From a virus: a DNA stretch of 64,000 nt. The notes under the pieces are model-generated. The model was given only the letters and a program-made list of their open reading frames with translations, was not told where the DNA came from and made no database searches. The stretch lies in IMG/VR virus record IMGVR_UViG_3300050821_006345, positions 1 through 64,000 of that record; one strand, given 5' to 3'. Numbering within the stretch: position 1 is the stretch's first letter; the number at the start of each line of letters is the position of its first letter. Position numbers and translations under genes: made by a program. Below, piece by piece: positions 38,144-47,275 of this stretch.

Positions 38144-38494
38144 ATGAAGTGCCGTTATTGTGAAGATGTTCCATCCGGAAGCTACTGCGATGGGTGCGGA
38201 GAGCTTCGGGTTTGCGACCGCGCGTCTGGGCACTCTGGCAATCATTCTGGCCTGATCCAGTGCGGCATGGATTATCGCTATGGAGATTACGCTCCGTGGC
38301 ACACCTGCACGCTGCCGATGGGACACGACGGCGCGCATGGACAGAATGCCGATACTCCGTTAACGAACGCAGTCGCAGATATTCAGGCGGCATCTACTCG
38401 TCAAAGTTATTCTGGTAGTGGATCTCGTCCGCCACAGCCAGACCGCACCTATGGAACCCAGGAAACGCGTCACGCCCAGCTTGTAAGGGATTAA
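38144..38494 (+). CDS. CxYC-DVP-G-CDxCG family paralogue 3
   Basis: MKCRYCEDVPSGSYCDGCG; CTLPMGHDGAH. Confidence 0.75.
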   Translation: MKCRYCEDVPSGSYCDGCGELRVCDRASGHSGNHSGLIQCGMDYRYGDYAPWHTCTLPMGHDGAHGQNADTPLTNAVADIQAASTRQSYSGSGSRPPQPDRTYGTQETRHAQLVRD

Positions 38495-38772
38495 GTCCTG
38501 CCGAAGTCCTCGGCAATGCCGATCCAAAACGACTCCTCGTCCTCCTTTTTGCACGAGTCAGCAATGGCAATCTTGCGGACAATCACCTTCTTCTTCTGTT
38601 CCGGAGTCATGTCTTTCCAGTGAAACCACACGCCGGCAATGATGAACGGCTCATTGGGCGACAGATTGCCATCAACCATTGGCTCAATTAATAATTTGTT
38701 CATACGAAACTTATGATGCCAAATAGCCGATGGAACATCAAGAACCATCGCGCCTACCATTGGTCTTGCCAT
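38491..38772 (-). CDS. Hypothetical protein
   Basis: Coupled to the upstream initiator-like gene. Confidence 0.5.
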   Translation of the reverse strand: MARPMVGAMVLDVPSAIWHHKFRMNKLLIEPMVDGNLSPNEPFIIAGVWFHWKDMTPEQKKKVIVRKIAIADSCKKEDEESFWIGIAEDFGRT

Positions 38773-39563
38773 CCATCGCCGCCCACATTGACGAACGGTC
38801 GGTGTGGGTCAAGCACGTCCACCAAGGCTTTCATGGCTGGATCGACCGGTCTGTCCAGAGGCGGCACATAATCCTTGCGGTGCATCGGGTGGCGAGGATC
38901 ACTGATTAACATCGGCCATTGGAAATCCGAAACCCATTCACCCGCATCCAAATACCGCTCGCGACCCGACTCCGGGTCGATGCGGGTTTCGGCATCCCGG
39001 CGTCTGGTGGATTCAGGCAAGTTAAGGCTTTTAAGGTATTCCTCATCGAAATAGCTTCCCTGAGAGCCAAGGTCGCTTGCGACCGCAGGTGTTTTGCCGT
39101 CGTTGTCTCTCTGTGTTCTCGTATATTCCGTCTTACCGTCTTCGTTAGTGGTCGGTTGAGTGTCTGCCGTTAGTCTGTCGTTAGTCGGCTGTCTGTCGTT
39201 TTGCCTGTCGTTTTGATTGTCCATCACATCCTTGCCATCTTCAGAAACCACGGTGAACAGGCGATTATCTAGCAGCCGACCGATTGTCCCTTTGTTAGTC
39301 GTTTTGAATGTCGCAAATCCCCGTCTCGCCAGATAGTCCTTGGCGGTTCTATACTCTCTCGAAGACATGCCGCAGTTTTCATAGTCTCCAAGGAAACATT
39401 CGCCTTTGCGAAGCTCGTGTCGGTTGTGTCCGTCCTTCCATCTGGATCGGATTGCCATGATGGATGCCAGTCTGAATGCGTTTGGGTGTGCCGCGATAAG
39501 CTCGAACAAGTCTTCAGTGCGACTCATTTTAACCCATCCGGTGTGGATGCCGTTTAATGCCAT
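38754..39563 (-). CDS. Second replication initiator-like protein
   Basis: GWVKMSR...L.KGE...G.S...YRTA...L...GF.T..TTNKGT; QNDRQ/PTND repeat linker. Confidence 0.7.
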   Translation of the reverse strand: MALNGIHTGWVKMSRTEDLFELIAAHPNAFRLASIMAIRSRWKDGHNRHELRKGECFLGDYENCGMSSREYRTAKDYLARRGFATFKTTNKGTIGRLLDNRLFTVVSEDGKDVMDNQNDRQNDRQPTNDRLTADTQPTTNEDGKTEYTRTQRDNDGKTPAVASDLGSQGSYFDEEYLKSLNLPESTRRRDAETRIDPESGRERYLDAGEWVSDFQWPMLISDPRHPMHRKDYVPPLDRPVDPAMKALVDVLDPHRPFVNVGGDGWQDQW

Positions 39564-39680
39564 AGTGCTTGATACCAGTAAAAAGACCGTTGGAATGTGG
39601 TAATAAATCGGCGTCAAGCACTGCGCCACTGCCTTTCGGCCCACATCCGCAACGGTCTCAAATCTACTGAGCTTGATTTT
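39564..39680 (-). ncRNA. Cloverleaf-like leader RNA (C4 antisense-like)
   Basis: Long stem 39584-39658 + U-tract; inner GCC-GAAA-GGC hairpin; loop AGTGCTTGA complementary to TCAAGCACT abutting the ATG. Confidence 0.55.
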
Positions 39681-39813
39681 AGAACGGTTTATTAAGCCGC
39701 GTCAATAGTTTTCCGCAGAAATCGGTTATTGCAACCAGAAGATTGTCCAGAAGGTCAGATTTCTTCCCACACGCCTTTTTGGACGTATTCCAAGCAGTCT
39801 GAAAGATTGTAGC

Positions 39814-39999
39814 CTAGTCTGGTTGGATTGTGTTCTCCATCATAGTGCATATTGTGTCCCTTGCTTCCATCTTTGGCTGGGAGAAACCTCGATGTGACTT
39901 ATGTTGCTGCCGTCTGGGAATCCTCCAATATGCCTGAACCGCCGTTTCAACGTCGCAGACCTGTCCGGCTGGAAGGTCGGTGCAGTAGATGCAGGTCAT
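39814..39999 (-). CDS. CxYC family paralogue 4 (truncated or chimeric)
   Basis: MTCIYCTDLPAGQVCDV, second CxxC incomplete. Confidence 0.5.
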   Translation of the reverse strand: MTCIYCTDLPAGQVCDVETAVQAYWRIPRRQQHKSHRGFSQPKMEARDTICTMMENTIQPD

Positions 40000-40223
40000 T
40001 GGTCAGATTCCGCTTGTCACGACGTGGGCATTGGCCGATTCACACTCGTTGGCCGCGTCTTCAAGTATCTGTTCTGGTGATTTCATAAGAAAAGTGTGGC
40101 AAATCGGCCAATCAAAGTCAACGCAAGATAGCGGTTCTTTCGCGCGACGTTCGTTTATTGGCCATCAGAAGCTTCAGATTGGAGTTGCGTTCACGTCCAT
40201 GATTTCGCAGACTGGTTGCCGAT

Positions 40224-40499
40224 ATGCCAGATGAACCGTCCAAGCTTGAAGTGAAACAGAACATCTCCACCACAGTTATCGGCACATCGCGCCGTAACTG
40301 CAAGATCGAGGTCAATGGTGGCAACGCCATGTTCTCGCTTAAAATCGGCCAGATGCAGCGGGAAAACGGATCAATCCAGCGGGAGTCGGAACACTATCTT
40401 TACATGGACGAGCTTGACGTTCTGATCGATGGCCTGACCGAGTTCCAAAGGCTTCAGCTCAAATCAAAGATTGTTCCACCAAATGAACGTGCCGTTTAA
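40224..40499 (+). CDS. Hypothetical protein
   Basis: ORF. Confidence 0.55.
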   Translation: MPDEPSKLEVKQNISTTVIGTSRRNCKIEVNGGNAMFSLKIGQMQRENGSIQRESEHYLYMDELDVLIDGLTEFQRLQLKSKIVPPNERAV

Positions 40500-40509
40500 C
40501 ATCAACGAT

Positions 40510-40682
40510 TATGTGCGCGGCAAGCGATCCGTGACCGCGTGTTCAATGGAACTCTTAAACGACTTCCGTGCGAAGTCTGCGGTAATCCAGAAACCCACGC
40601 TCACCATGAAGATTATAGCAAGCCGCTTGAAGTGAAATGGCTTTGCCCGAAACACCACAAGGAGGTTCACGATGAAAAATGA
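40510..40682 (+). pseudogene. HNH-like C-terminal fragment without a start
   Basis: Manual translation LKRLPCEVCG...HAHHEDYSKPLEVKWLCPKHH. Confidence 0.6.
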
Positions 40683-41265
40683 TACGCCCGAAACTGACGC
40701 AGTTAAAATCCTAAAAGGATTACACGATTTTATTTCGGCGATGCCGATTAACTGCTTTGGCAGCGGTGACAACAATGGACAGGAATACCCGATTCGTGAT
40801 GAAGTTTTAGACAACATTTGCAAAGCTATTGCAGACGCCCGCAAACTCGAACGTGAACGGAATGCCTTAAGGCTAGTGCGTAATCCAAACGGAACAGCAG
40901 CAGCCATAATGGATATGCAAGCCGAACTCACCCAACTCCGCAAGGCGTGTGATGAATTGGCAGATTATCTTTCAGTTTATGTCAAACACGACAAAGAATT
41001 TGGCAGTGGTTGGCCAACAGCCGAAGAAGTTCTCGGCAATTACCGCACCCTATCACACACCATCAAAGCGAAAGGAAAAGGACGGAATCGCTTCAATGCC
41101 TGTATCGCGGCGGGCGTAAATGCCAGATTCGAGCCATACACGGGAAATGACCCGGCTGGATTTGTCGAAAGCGTCAACGACAGAAGGCGGCATTCATCGG
41201 AGCCAAGACGCGCAACGGCAGCAGCTCGGCGCCCAAAAAGAAAGTCTTTCTCTCGCCAAAGCTAG
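40672..41265 (+). CDS. Hypothetical protein fused to a ParB-like fragment
   Basis: DTPETDA...ARKLERERN N-terminus; C-terminal GRNR..AC...G...DP..FV.S.N..RRH. Confidence 0.55.
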   Translation: MKNDTPETDAVKILKGLHDFISAMPINCFGSGDNNGQEYPIRDEVLDNICKAIADARKLERERNALRLVRNPNGTAAAIMDMQAELTQLRKACDELADYLSVYVKHDKEFGSGWPTAEEVLGNYRTLSHTIKAKGKGRNRFNACIAAGVNARFEPYTGNDPAGFVESVNDRRRHSSEPRRATAAARRPKRKSFSRQS

Positions 41266-41692
41266 CAAATCGAAGGATTCCAGCATTCCGTCGACCAGAT
41301 TAGCCGCCAAAATTCTGGCCGCAGATCCGGCGGTCGCCAAGCTGGTATCTGATGGAGAAATATCATTGCCAGAAGCGGCCAGACGAGCTAAAATCGAAAC
41401 CGTGAAACCAAAACCATCCAAATCCGCACCCAAAGAAAGTCAAACCAAGATTGTCCAACCGCTTCGTGAAATTTAACTAACCGCTTGGAGAATAATTCTG
41501 TAACCGCTTGGACAATATGCCATCGCCGGATTATACCAATCCGCTTCGCACCAAGACTGGCCAAGCATCGAGCGAAGGATAATGCGAAGAAAATCGGCCA
41601 TCAGAAACCACCTTAAAGAGCCTTTCCAGAGCGGATAGACGACCAACAAAGAATGGCCAGAATAAACGAGAATCGGCCAACAATCAACGACG

Positions 41693-41899
41693 TCAGTGTC
41701 CACGCCCATCCGTGGCTATATAGCTAGGAATCCTTGCATGTTGCCAATACCAGATCTTCCCATGCTCATCCTGCTCCCACGGATAATCATCCATCTCGCG
41801 GCTACGCCACGTGCCAAACCATCGAGACTTGCGACGAATCAACTCACCACACCCATCGCAGAACTGCCCCGCCGGAACATATTTGCAGTAGTCGCACAT
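41693..41899 (-). CDS. CxYC family paralogue 5
   Basis: MCDYCKYVPAGQFCDGCGEL. Confidence 0.7.
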   Translation of the reverse strand: MCDYCKYVPAGQFCDGCGELIRRKSRWFGTWRSREMDDYPWEQDEHGKIWYWQHARIPSYIATDGRGH

Positions 41900-42338
41900 A
41901 AGCTTAAAACGAATAACGTTGACGGCCATTATGAGTAATAAACAAAGCCACGTCAACGAACAACGGACAACTGCGGACGGAGGCGGATAATGGAAGCGGC
42001 CACGGAGCGGAGACAACTCGGCATCATGCGCGCACGAGCGTCCTGCTGGTTCGGTCGGCTCCCTCGGTTCTCGTCTTCCGCCATCGGTTCTCGTCCTCAA
42101 TCACGTTTGTTCGCTTTGTCGGTTTGGCGTGAAAGCTATCGTAGCCATCTCTCCGCCTTTCCCTGCCGTCCTTCGTCCTCTTTGTAATGCTTTCCGCTAC
42201 GTCCTTGTGGCGTCTTCGCCTAAACCGTTTGTATTTAACCAGTTTTGGCTCTTATGGTTGGCCGATTTTCTTGTGAGTTGTTTTTCGGATGTTGCTGTTC
42301 CGATTTTTGGCGGGTTTGACAACTTCTGGCAACACCGG

Positions 42339-42836
42339 TCAGAAGTCTTCTGCTGTGGCGTTGGTTCGGAACCGTCTTTCGGCAGCGGTCGATCTGTGGG
42401 CGCCTATTCTGTTGTTGGCCGATTCTCGCGCATCTTCATAACCACAATCGCAGGCCAGCAGACATAATCCGTCCGAATTAGTAATAACTGAAGCGCAGTT
42501 TGATTTGTGGCCGCTTGGATGGGTCTCGTTGCCTCCTGATTCCTCCGGGCTGAACATATCCACGTTCTTTCCTTGATACGTTCCTTTGTAACACCATCCG
42601 AAGCCTGAGACTTTCTTTAGGCCGATTTCGGCCAAAGCTGGCCACAGACCATCGAAGTCAATCTTTGGTGATTGCCTGATTCTGTATAAAACGATGTCGC
42701 AATCCTTCCTCGCTCCTTGTTTGTAGAGCAGACCTCCGGTCAGGGCGATGTGACAACCGAATCTTGGGCAGATCTTCTCAATCTCGACGCACAGGTCTAT
42801 CGCGTCGCTCCATAGCCACATATCTTCCTGATTCAT
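42339..42836 (-). CDS. Minimal nucleotidyltransferase-like protein
   Basis: ALTGGLLY...RKDCDIV...VDMF. Confidence 0.55.
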   Translation of the reverse strand: MNQEDMWLWSDAIDLCVEIEKICPRFGCHIALTGGLLYKQGARKDCDIVLYRIRQSPKIDFDGLWPALAEIGLKKVSGFGWCYKGTYQGKNVDMFSPEESGGNETHPSGHKSNCASVITNSDGLCLLACDCGYEDARESANNRIGAHRSTAAERRFRTNATAEDF

Positions 42837-43263
42837 TCGTTTAACGGGTTTGGCGGCATCCTGAACCACGAGAATCCTTTATCGCCGTGTTTTATTGGCC
42901 GAATTTCTGATTCTTTGAAAAAGAGAACGAACGGAAGGTTGTGGAACTCAATGCCGAAAGGATTCTCCTGCTCCGGTTTGATTTCTTTAATCGTTCCGGT
43001 TTCACCAAACCTCACGCTCACCGATACTTTATCGCCGATTTTCATAAAATTTCTTTCCGATTCGTTTGCAAGTCCGGCATTTGAAACAGCTTGGACACAG
43101 GCCTCGCGCCTCGCTGAACACGAATCCGCACGAAGAACACGGCTTGTCGTATGGCATCGCCGCTCCGTTCCACATCCCGTGGCGTCCGTTGGTTGGGCAA
43201 TAAGGTTTCAATTGCTATTTATTGTGCCGATAATCGGCGTTTTAACTATCGCCGCCCGCGCCG

Positions 43264-43551
43264 TTAATGTGGCACAGACATTGAATCGTCTGGAGCTGTA
43301 TCCGCCAATCTCGCATAAGCACGCTCAAAGTCAGCTTTTAAATCGTTTCGTTCCGCAGCCAGTTCGTAATCAGCCAGAACCATTGTTTCATTTGGCTCCT
43401 CGCCGTCCCGCAAATGAAAGTTGGCCTCGTGGACGATGCGGGTGGCTTCGGCCAGATTGTATTGCCCGGCCTCCGGGCGGCATTTGGTGTAGCCGCAGGC
43501 CGATGGCCTCCACCACGCGGCGTGTTCGTTTGACCATATCAAGAAGTTCAT
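43264..43551 (-). CDS. Hypothetical phage protein
   Basis: LIWSNEH..WWRP...GYT....AG.Y motif. Confidence 0.7.
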   Translation of the reverse strand: MNFLIWSNEHAAWWRPSACGYTKCRPEAGQYNLAEATRIVHEANFHLRDGEEPNETMVLADYELAAERNDLKADFERAYARLADTAPDDSMSVPH

Positions 43552-43793
43552 AGTTGCGGATGGATGATTTGTTGGATTTGATTGGCCAGTTTTGCCGCCG
43601 GAGAAGCGTCTGGCGCACCGTCAAGGTAGCCGTCAATAAAAAGGTCGACTTCAGACAGTCTTCGGATTGCTGCCTCGCCAGCCAGCAGGATTAAATTAAG
43701 CTTGTCAACCGCGTTGCCGCTTATTTCTCCGTCTTTGGACGGTTGCAGGTCAGAGACAATCTTTAGCGTTCGCGGAGATGTTAGGACAATCAT
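43548..43793 (-). CDS. Hypothetical protein
   Basis: Coupled ORF. Confidence 0.5.
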   Translation of the reverse strand: MIVLTSPRTLKIVSDLQPSKDGEISGNAVDKLNLILLAGEAAIRRLSEVDLFIDGYLDGAPDASPAAKLANQIQQIIHPQL

Positions 43794-43891
43794 ATCTTTA
43801 TCGTTTCACGGGTGGTGGCGTGCTATTTCCACTAATAAGCGGCCACAGATAACCAGCGCCGAAAATAAAATAATTGCCACTAAATTTTCTT

Positions 43892-44524
43892 TCATATCTT
43901 TATACTTTCGCCAATAGCTAAACAAATAAACCGAGTTCTGTCAACCACAATATCAAGGTGTTGGTGGTGGTGGCCGAAAACCACCAGCTTTGGCCTGCGG
44001 GCTTCAATCATCGCCTGGAGCAGCTTCCGTGTGATACAGCGGCTAGGAACTCGCAAATAGGCTTCAGCGATTGATTGCGGGCAATCGTGGGCGATGATGG
44101 TCTCGCACTCGGACGTTTTCCACTGAAAAAGACAATCGTCGGCCTGCAACTGATTCAGTTCCTCGTCGCTCCACCAGCTAACGCCTTCCACCCTTGCCCA
44201 CTGGTCGTGAGACTGCGCTCCAGATACAAAGAACACGTTCTCGAACTCGCCATAATCACCGAGGCAAGATTTAAGCTTCTTGGCCAGTTGCCTGTTATCA
44301 TGGTTGCCAACAAAGAAATGAAAGTTCTTTGGCAGCTTCTTGACCACGTCAAATACAGGCCATCCTGTGTGCTTGAACGGAATGCCTAAAAACGGCGGGA
44401 CATTAAATCCGATGCCCAAGTCTCCAATTTGAAGCACGGTGTCCGTGTGTCCTTTCTTCGTGTGCTTCTTTGCAACACAAAGGCAGGTGTTTATATCGCC
44501 ATGGACATCGCCGAGAATTATCAT
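43892..44524 (-). CDS. Calcineurin-like metallophosphoesterase
   Basis: GDVHG, GDLG, GNHD, AHDCP, FGHHH. Confidence 0.9.
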   Translation of the reverse strand: MIILGDVHGDINTCLCVAKKHTKKGHTDTVLQIGDLGIGFNVPPFLGIPFKHTGWPVFDVVKKLPKNFHFFVGNHDNRQLAKKLKSCLGDYGEFENVFFVSGAQSHDQWARVEGVSWWSDEELNQLQADDCLFQWKTSECETIIAHDCPQSIAEAYLRVPSRCITRKLLQAMIEARRPKLVVFGHHHQHLDIVVDRTRFICLAIGESIKI

Positions 44525-44562
44525 CGCGGCAAATGATGAGATTTAACCGGCCAGAAATCAAG

Positions 44563-45003
44563 TCATATTGTGCCGGTTAAATCAAATTGGCCGATGAGCA
44601 GTTCGTCCTTCGTGCCGACGAAGCCGTGGGCGTTCAGCCGCTCCTTAATGGCGTCCACCAGCGGACGCGAGAAGGCTGCGTAGTTGTCTGGAATGTTAAG
44701 GCAATAAACCTTCTTGCTTGGGTTGGAGCATTTAGCAACCAGATGGCGCACTCTTGGCAGGTGTTCTTCATCTGCGACCACAATCACATCCGCCCATTCA
44801 ACGAGAACCCTGTCAATGACGATTAGCGCGTATTCCTTTGCCACTCCGCAGTTCCTCGTGTTGCAATTATAGGGAGGCTGGCCAAGCACCCATGCTGTTG
44901 TGCTACTCCTCAAAATTCCGGCACTGCAAACGACCAGACACTTAAGTCGCGGCGATTGCCATGGGTTCTTGGTGTTTTCTAAACGGCCATTCAGGTCATC
45001 CAT
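44563..45003 (-). CDS. Low-molecular-weight protein tyrosine phosphatase-like
   Basis: VCSAGILRS (CX5R), EWAD, LNIPD. Confidence 0.85.
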   Translation of the reverse strand: MDDLNGRLENTKNPWQSPRLKCLVVCSAGILRSSTTAWVLGQPPYNCNTRNCGVAKEYALIVIDRVLVEWADVIVVADEEHLPRVRHLVAKCSNPSKKVYCLNIPDNYAAFSRPLVDAIKERLNAHGFVGTKDELLIGQFDLTGTI

Positions 45004-45004
45004 A

Positions 45005-45301
45005 TCAGTTATCGTGTTTTGCGGTTCTGGCCGCATCTATTGCCTCCACTGCGGCGGTTAAATACTTGTCGCGCTCGTCATCGTCAAATCCTCCGTCTCC
45101 GTTTGGGTGCGCTTCATAAACCGTGACGGTTTCTCCCTCCGTCCAATCGGCGCGGAACCAGCCATGGCGGAGGCGCAGGTAGCCGACCTCCCTGTCGCCA
45201 TCGAACACGTCATATTGTTCGGGACACATTCCGCCGCCTTCGAGTCTGTATTTTCCTATTTGCACGCCGATTACAATGCAATTTTCGTTCTCTTTCCGCA
45301 A
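45005..45301 (-). CDS. Hypothetical phage protein
   Basis: CPEQYD...GYLRLRHG motif. Confidence 0.7.
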   Translation of the reverse strand: MRKENENCIVIGVQIGKYRLEGGGMCPEQYDVFDGDREVGYLRLRHGWFRADWTEGETVTVYEAHPNGDGGFDDDERDKYLTAAVEAIDAARTAKHDN

Positions 45302-45348
45302 GGCAATTCGTCGTTTTACTTGGCCGATTTTTAGTTTACGTTGTTTCC

Positions 45349-47274
45349 ATGAAGTTCACCAAGAATTTTGCCAGCACAAACATTTTCGGCCACAAACCGA
45401 ACGGAGCCATCACGTTCCTCAATGCCAAAGGCCAGATGGTCGGCAAGCATCCTCCGACCGTCAATCCACCAGCACCCAATAGCGAGGACGTCGGCCCGCT
45501 GGTTCCGACCCTGCCGGTTGTTGACTGGACGTTCGCTTCAAACTACAAATGCTATCCGATTGACACGAAACCAGTTGATGGCGGAGTTGTGGTTCGCGTC
45601 GGTGGTTCAGTGGACGCCTGCCGTGGTCTGGTGTTCAAAGACAATCCTTCTGCGATTAACTACGGAAAGCAAATCTGCGACTACTGGGAGACGGGAACGC
45701 TGCCTCCTGCACCAGATGGAGTTGTTTCTGACGATGAAACGATTCGGAACTCAAGAACCGCGTTGTTAAATGCCGGAACATCTGCTGGCGTTCTTAAAAG
45801 CTGGATTGTCCGCCGAATCGGAAGCGGTGAAAAAGTGAACAGCTTTCAGGCCAGAAACGCAGCACACGCCAAAGAAAAATACGAGGCGTTCCACGGCAAA
45901 CCACTTCCGAAAGATTTAGAGGTCGTGCCACATTCAGAAGTCGTGGCCGAAAAGAACGATTACAAAGACTGGAAGACTGGATACGGTCTGCACAATTCAG
46001 AACAAGTTCTGAACGCCGGAACCAAGGAAGGCTTCAAGAAGGCACTCGACACCAGATCGGCTACAGGAGCCAAGAACGCCGCCTCCTCTGCCGTCCACTT
46101 CAAGAACGAGGCCAAGCGTCATTCATCGGGTCTGTTCGTCAAGGGCAAGAAGCCAGATTTGGAAAAGGCATCGAAAGCGGCGAACCTCGCAACCGGAGCC
46201 GCAGTAGTGGCTGATGCTTCTGCCCGCGAAGCTGACACTGCTCCTGCCTACGACCAAGCCATCATCGCCCACCAAGCGGCAGCCGACGCACACAAAGCCG
46301 CGCGGGGAGGCGTGAAGGGCGACCATCAATCACCGTCGAGAACCAAAGAGTCGGCGCACCTGAGGTCCATTGAAGACCTCAAGGGATTGAAGCAGACGAT
46401 TTCAAACTCGGCCATCTTAAACGCTGGAACAAGTGCTGGCGTTTATGAGGCATGGCAGACTCGTCGCGGAAATGTTTCACAAATCATCAAGGCCAGAGAC
46501 GACGCATCAAAGATGGAGGCATCGCCACAGCGGTTTCCGGCATATAATCGCTCGGTTGATGCGTGGAAGGCGACACAAAAGGCCGAGCAAACAGGAACGG
46601 CGGAAGACCACGGTGCGGCGGCACAAGCACACCACGAGGCTGCCCGACAGTTTGACGGGAGAAACAAATCACACGATGAGGCGTCTCTTGCTCACGAGGC
46701 CAAATTGAAAGAACTGAAGCAGGCCATCACCAACTCACGCATTTTGAACGGCGGGCCGGGCAGTGGCAGAAAACCGGGAGGCAGCCGTTGGTTTGACAAT
46801 CGTCATGGTAGTGGGCCAAATCCAAATCTTTTTGAGGTGAAGGACGGAGAGCAGAAAGGTGGTCGCGTTGAATACGGTGGGCCGAAAGATTATCACCACG
46901 ACCCCAACCACAGCGGCCAAGGCCGTCCAGTGCCACTAAAGTTTCTGGAAGATGGAGCGGCCAACGAGGGCCATCTACGCGAATTAAACCTTGGCCACGG
47001 GCCGACTCCAGAAGGCCTGTTGCGGCACATCAAGGAGAGTGACGACGCGATGTACTCATCGAAGACACCGGAGCAGTTCGCAGCACACAAGGCATCGCGC
47101 GATGCGTTTGAAGCGACGGATAAGCATGGTGTGTCGGAAGCCTCCCATGCGGCGCACGACTATGCTGCTTCGCTTCATGAAGCTCGCGGCAACCACGACC
47201 AAGCATCGGTTCATCGTGATTTCGCCAAGCTCCACATCCCCTATAACGTGGACAAATACGGTCGCCGAATCTAA
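45349..47274 (+). CDS. Putative head-associated polyprotein
   Basis: Four NS-x(2-4)-LN[A/G]G units separating distinct domains; next to the MuF-like gene. Confidence 0.65.
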   Translation: MKFTKNFASTNIFGHKPNGAITFLNAKGQMVGKHPPTVNPPAPNSEDVGPLVPTLPVVDWTFASNYKCYPIDTKPVDGGVVVRVGGSVDACRGLVFKDNPSAINYGKQICDYWETGTLPPAPDGVVSDDETIRNSRTALLNAGTSAGVLKSWIVRRIGSGEKVNSFQARNAAHAKEKYEAFHGKPLPKDLEVVPHSEVVAEKNDYKDWKTGYGLHNSEQVLNAGTKEGFKKALDTRSATGAKNAASSAVHFKNEAKRHSSGLFVKGKKPDLEKASKAANLATGAAVVADASAREADTAPAYDQAIIAHQAAADAHKAARGGVKGDHQSPSRTKESAHLRSIEDLKGLKQTISNSAILNAGTSAGVYEAWQTRRGNVSQIIKARDDASKMEASPQRFPAYNRSVDAWKATQKAEQTGTAEDHGAAAQAHHEAARQFDGRNKSHDEASLAHEAKLKELKQAITNSRILNGGPGSGRKPGGSRWFDNRHGSGPNPNLFEVKDGEQKGGRVEYGGPKDYHHDPNHSGQGRPVPLKFLEDGAANEGHLRELNLGHGPTPEGLLRHIKESDDAMYSSKTPEQFAAHKASRDAFEATDKHGVSEASHAAHDYAASLHEARGNHDQASVHRDFAKLHIPYNVDKYGRRI

Positions 47275-47275
47275 C

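Noticed and set aside
34492..41899. Diversity-generating retroelement behind the paralogue family
   Set aside because: No reverse transcriptase and no near-identical TR/VR pair with adenine-specific differences seen
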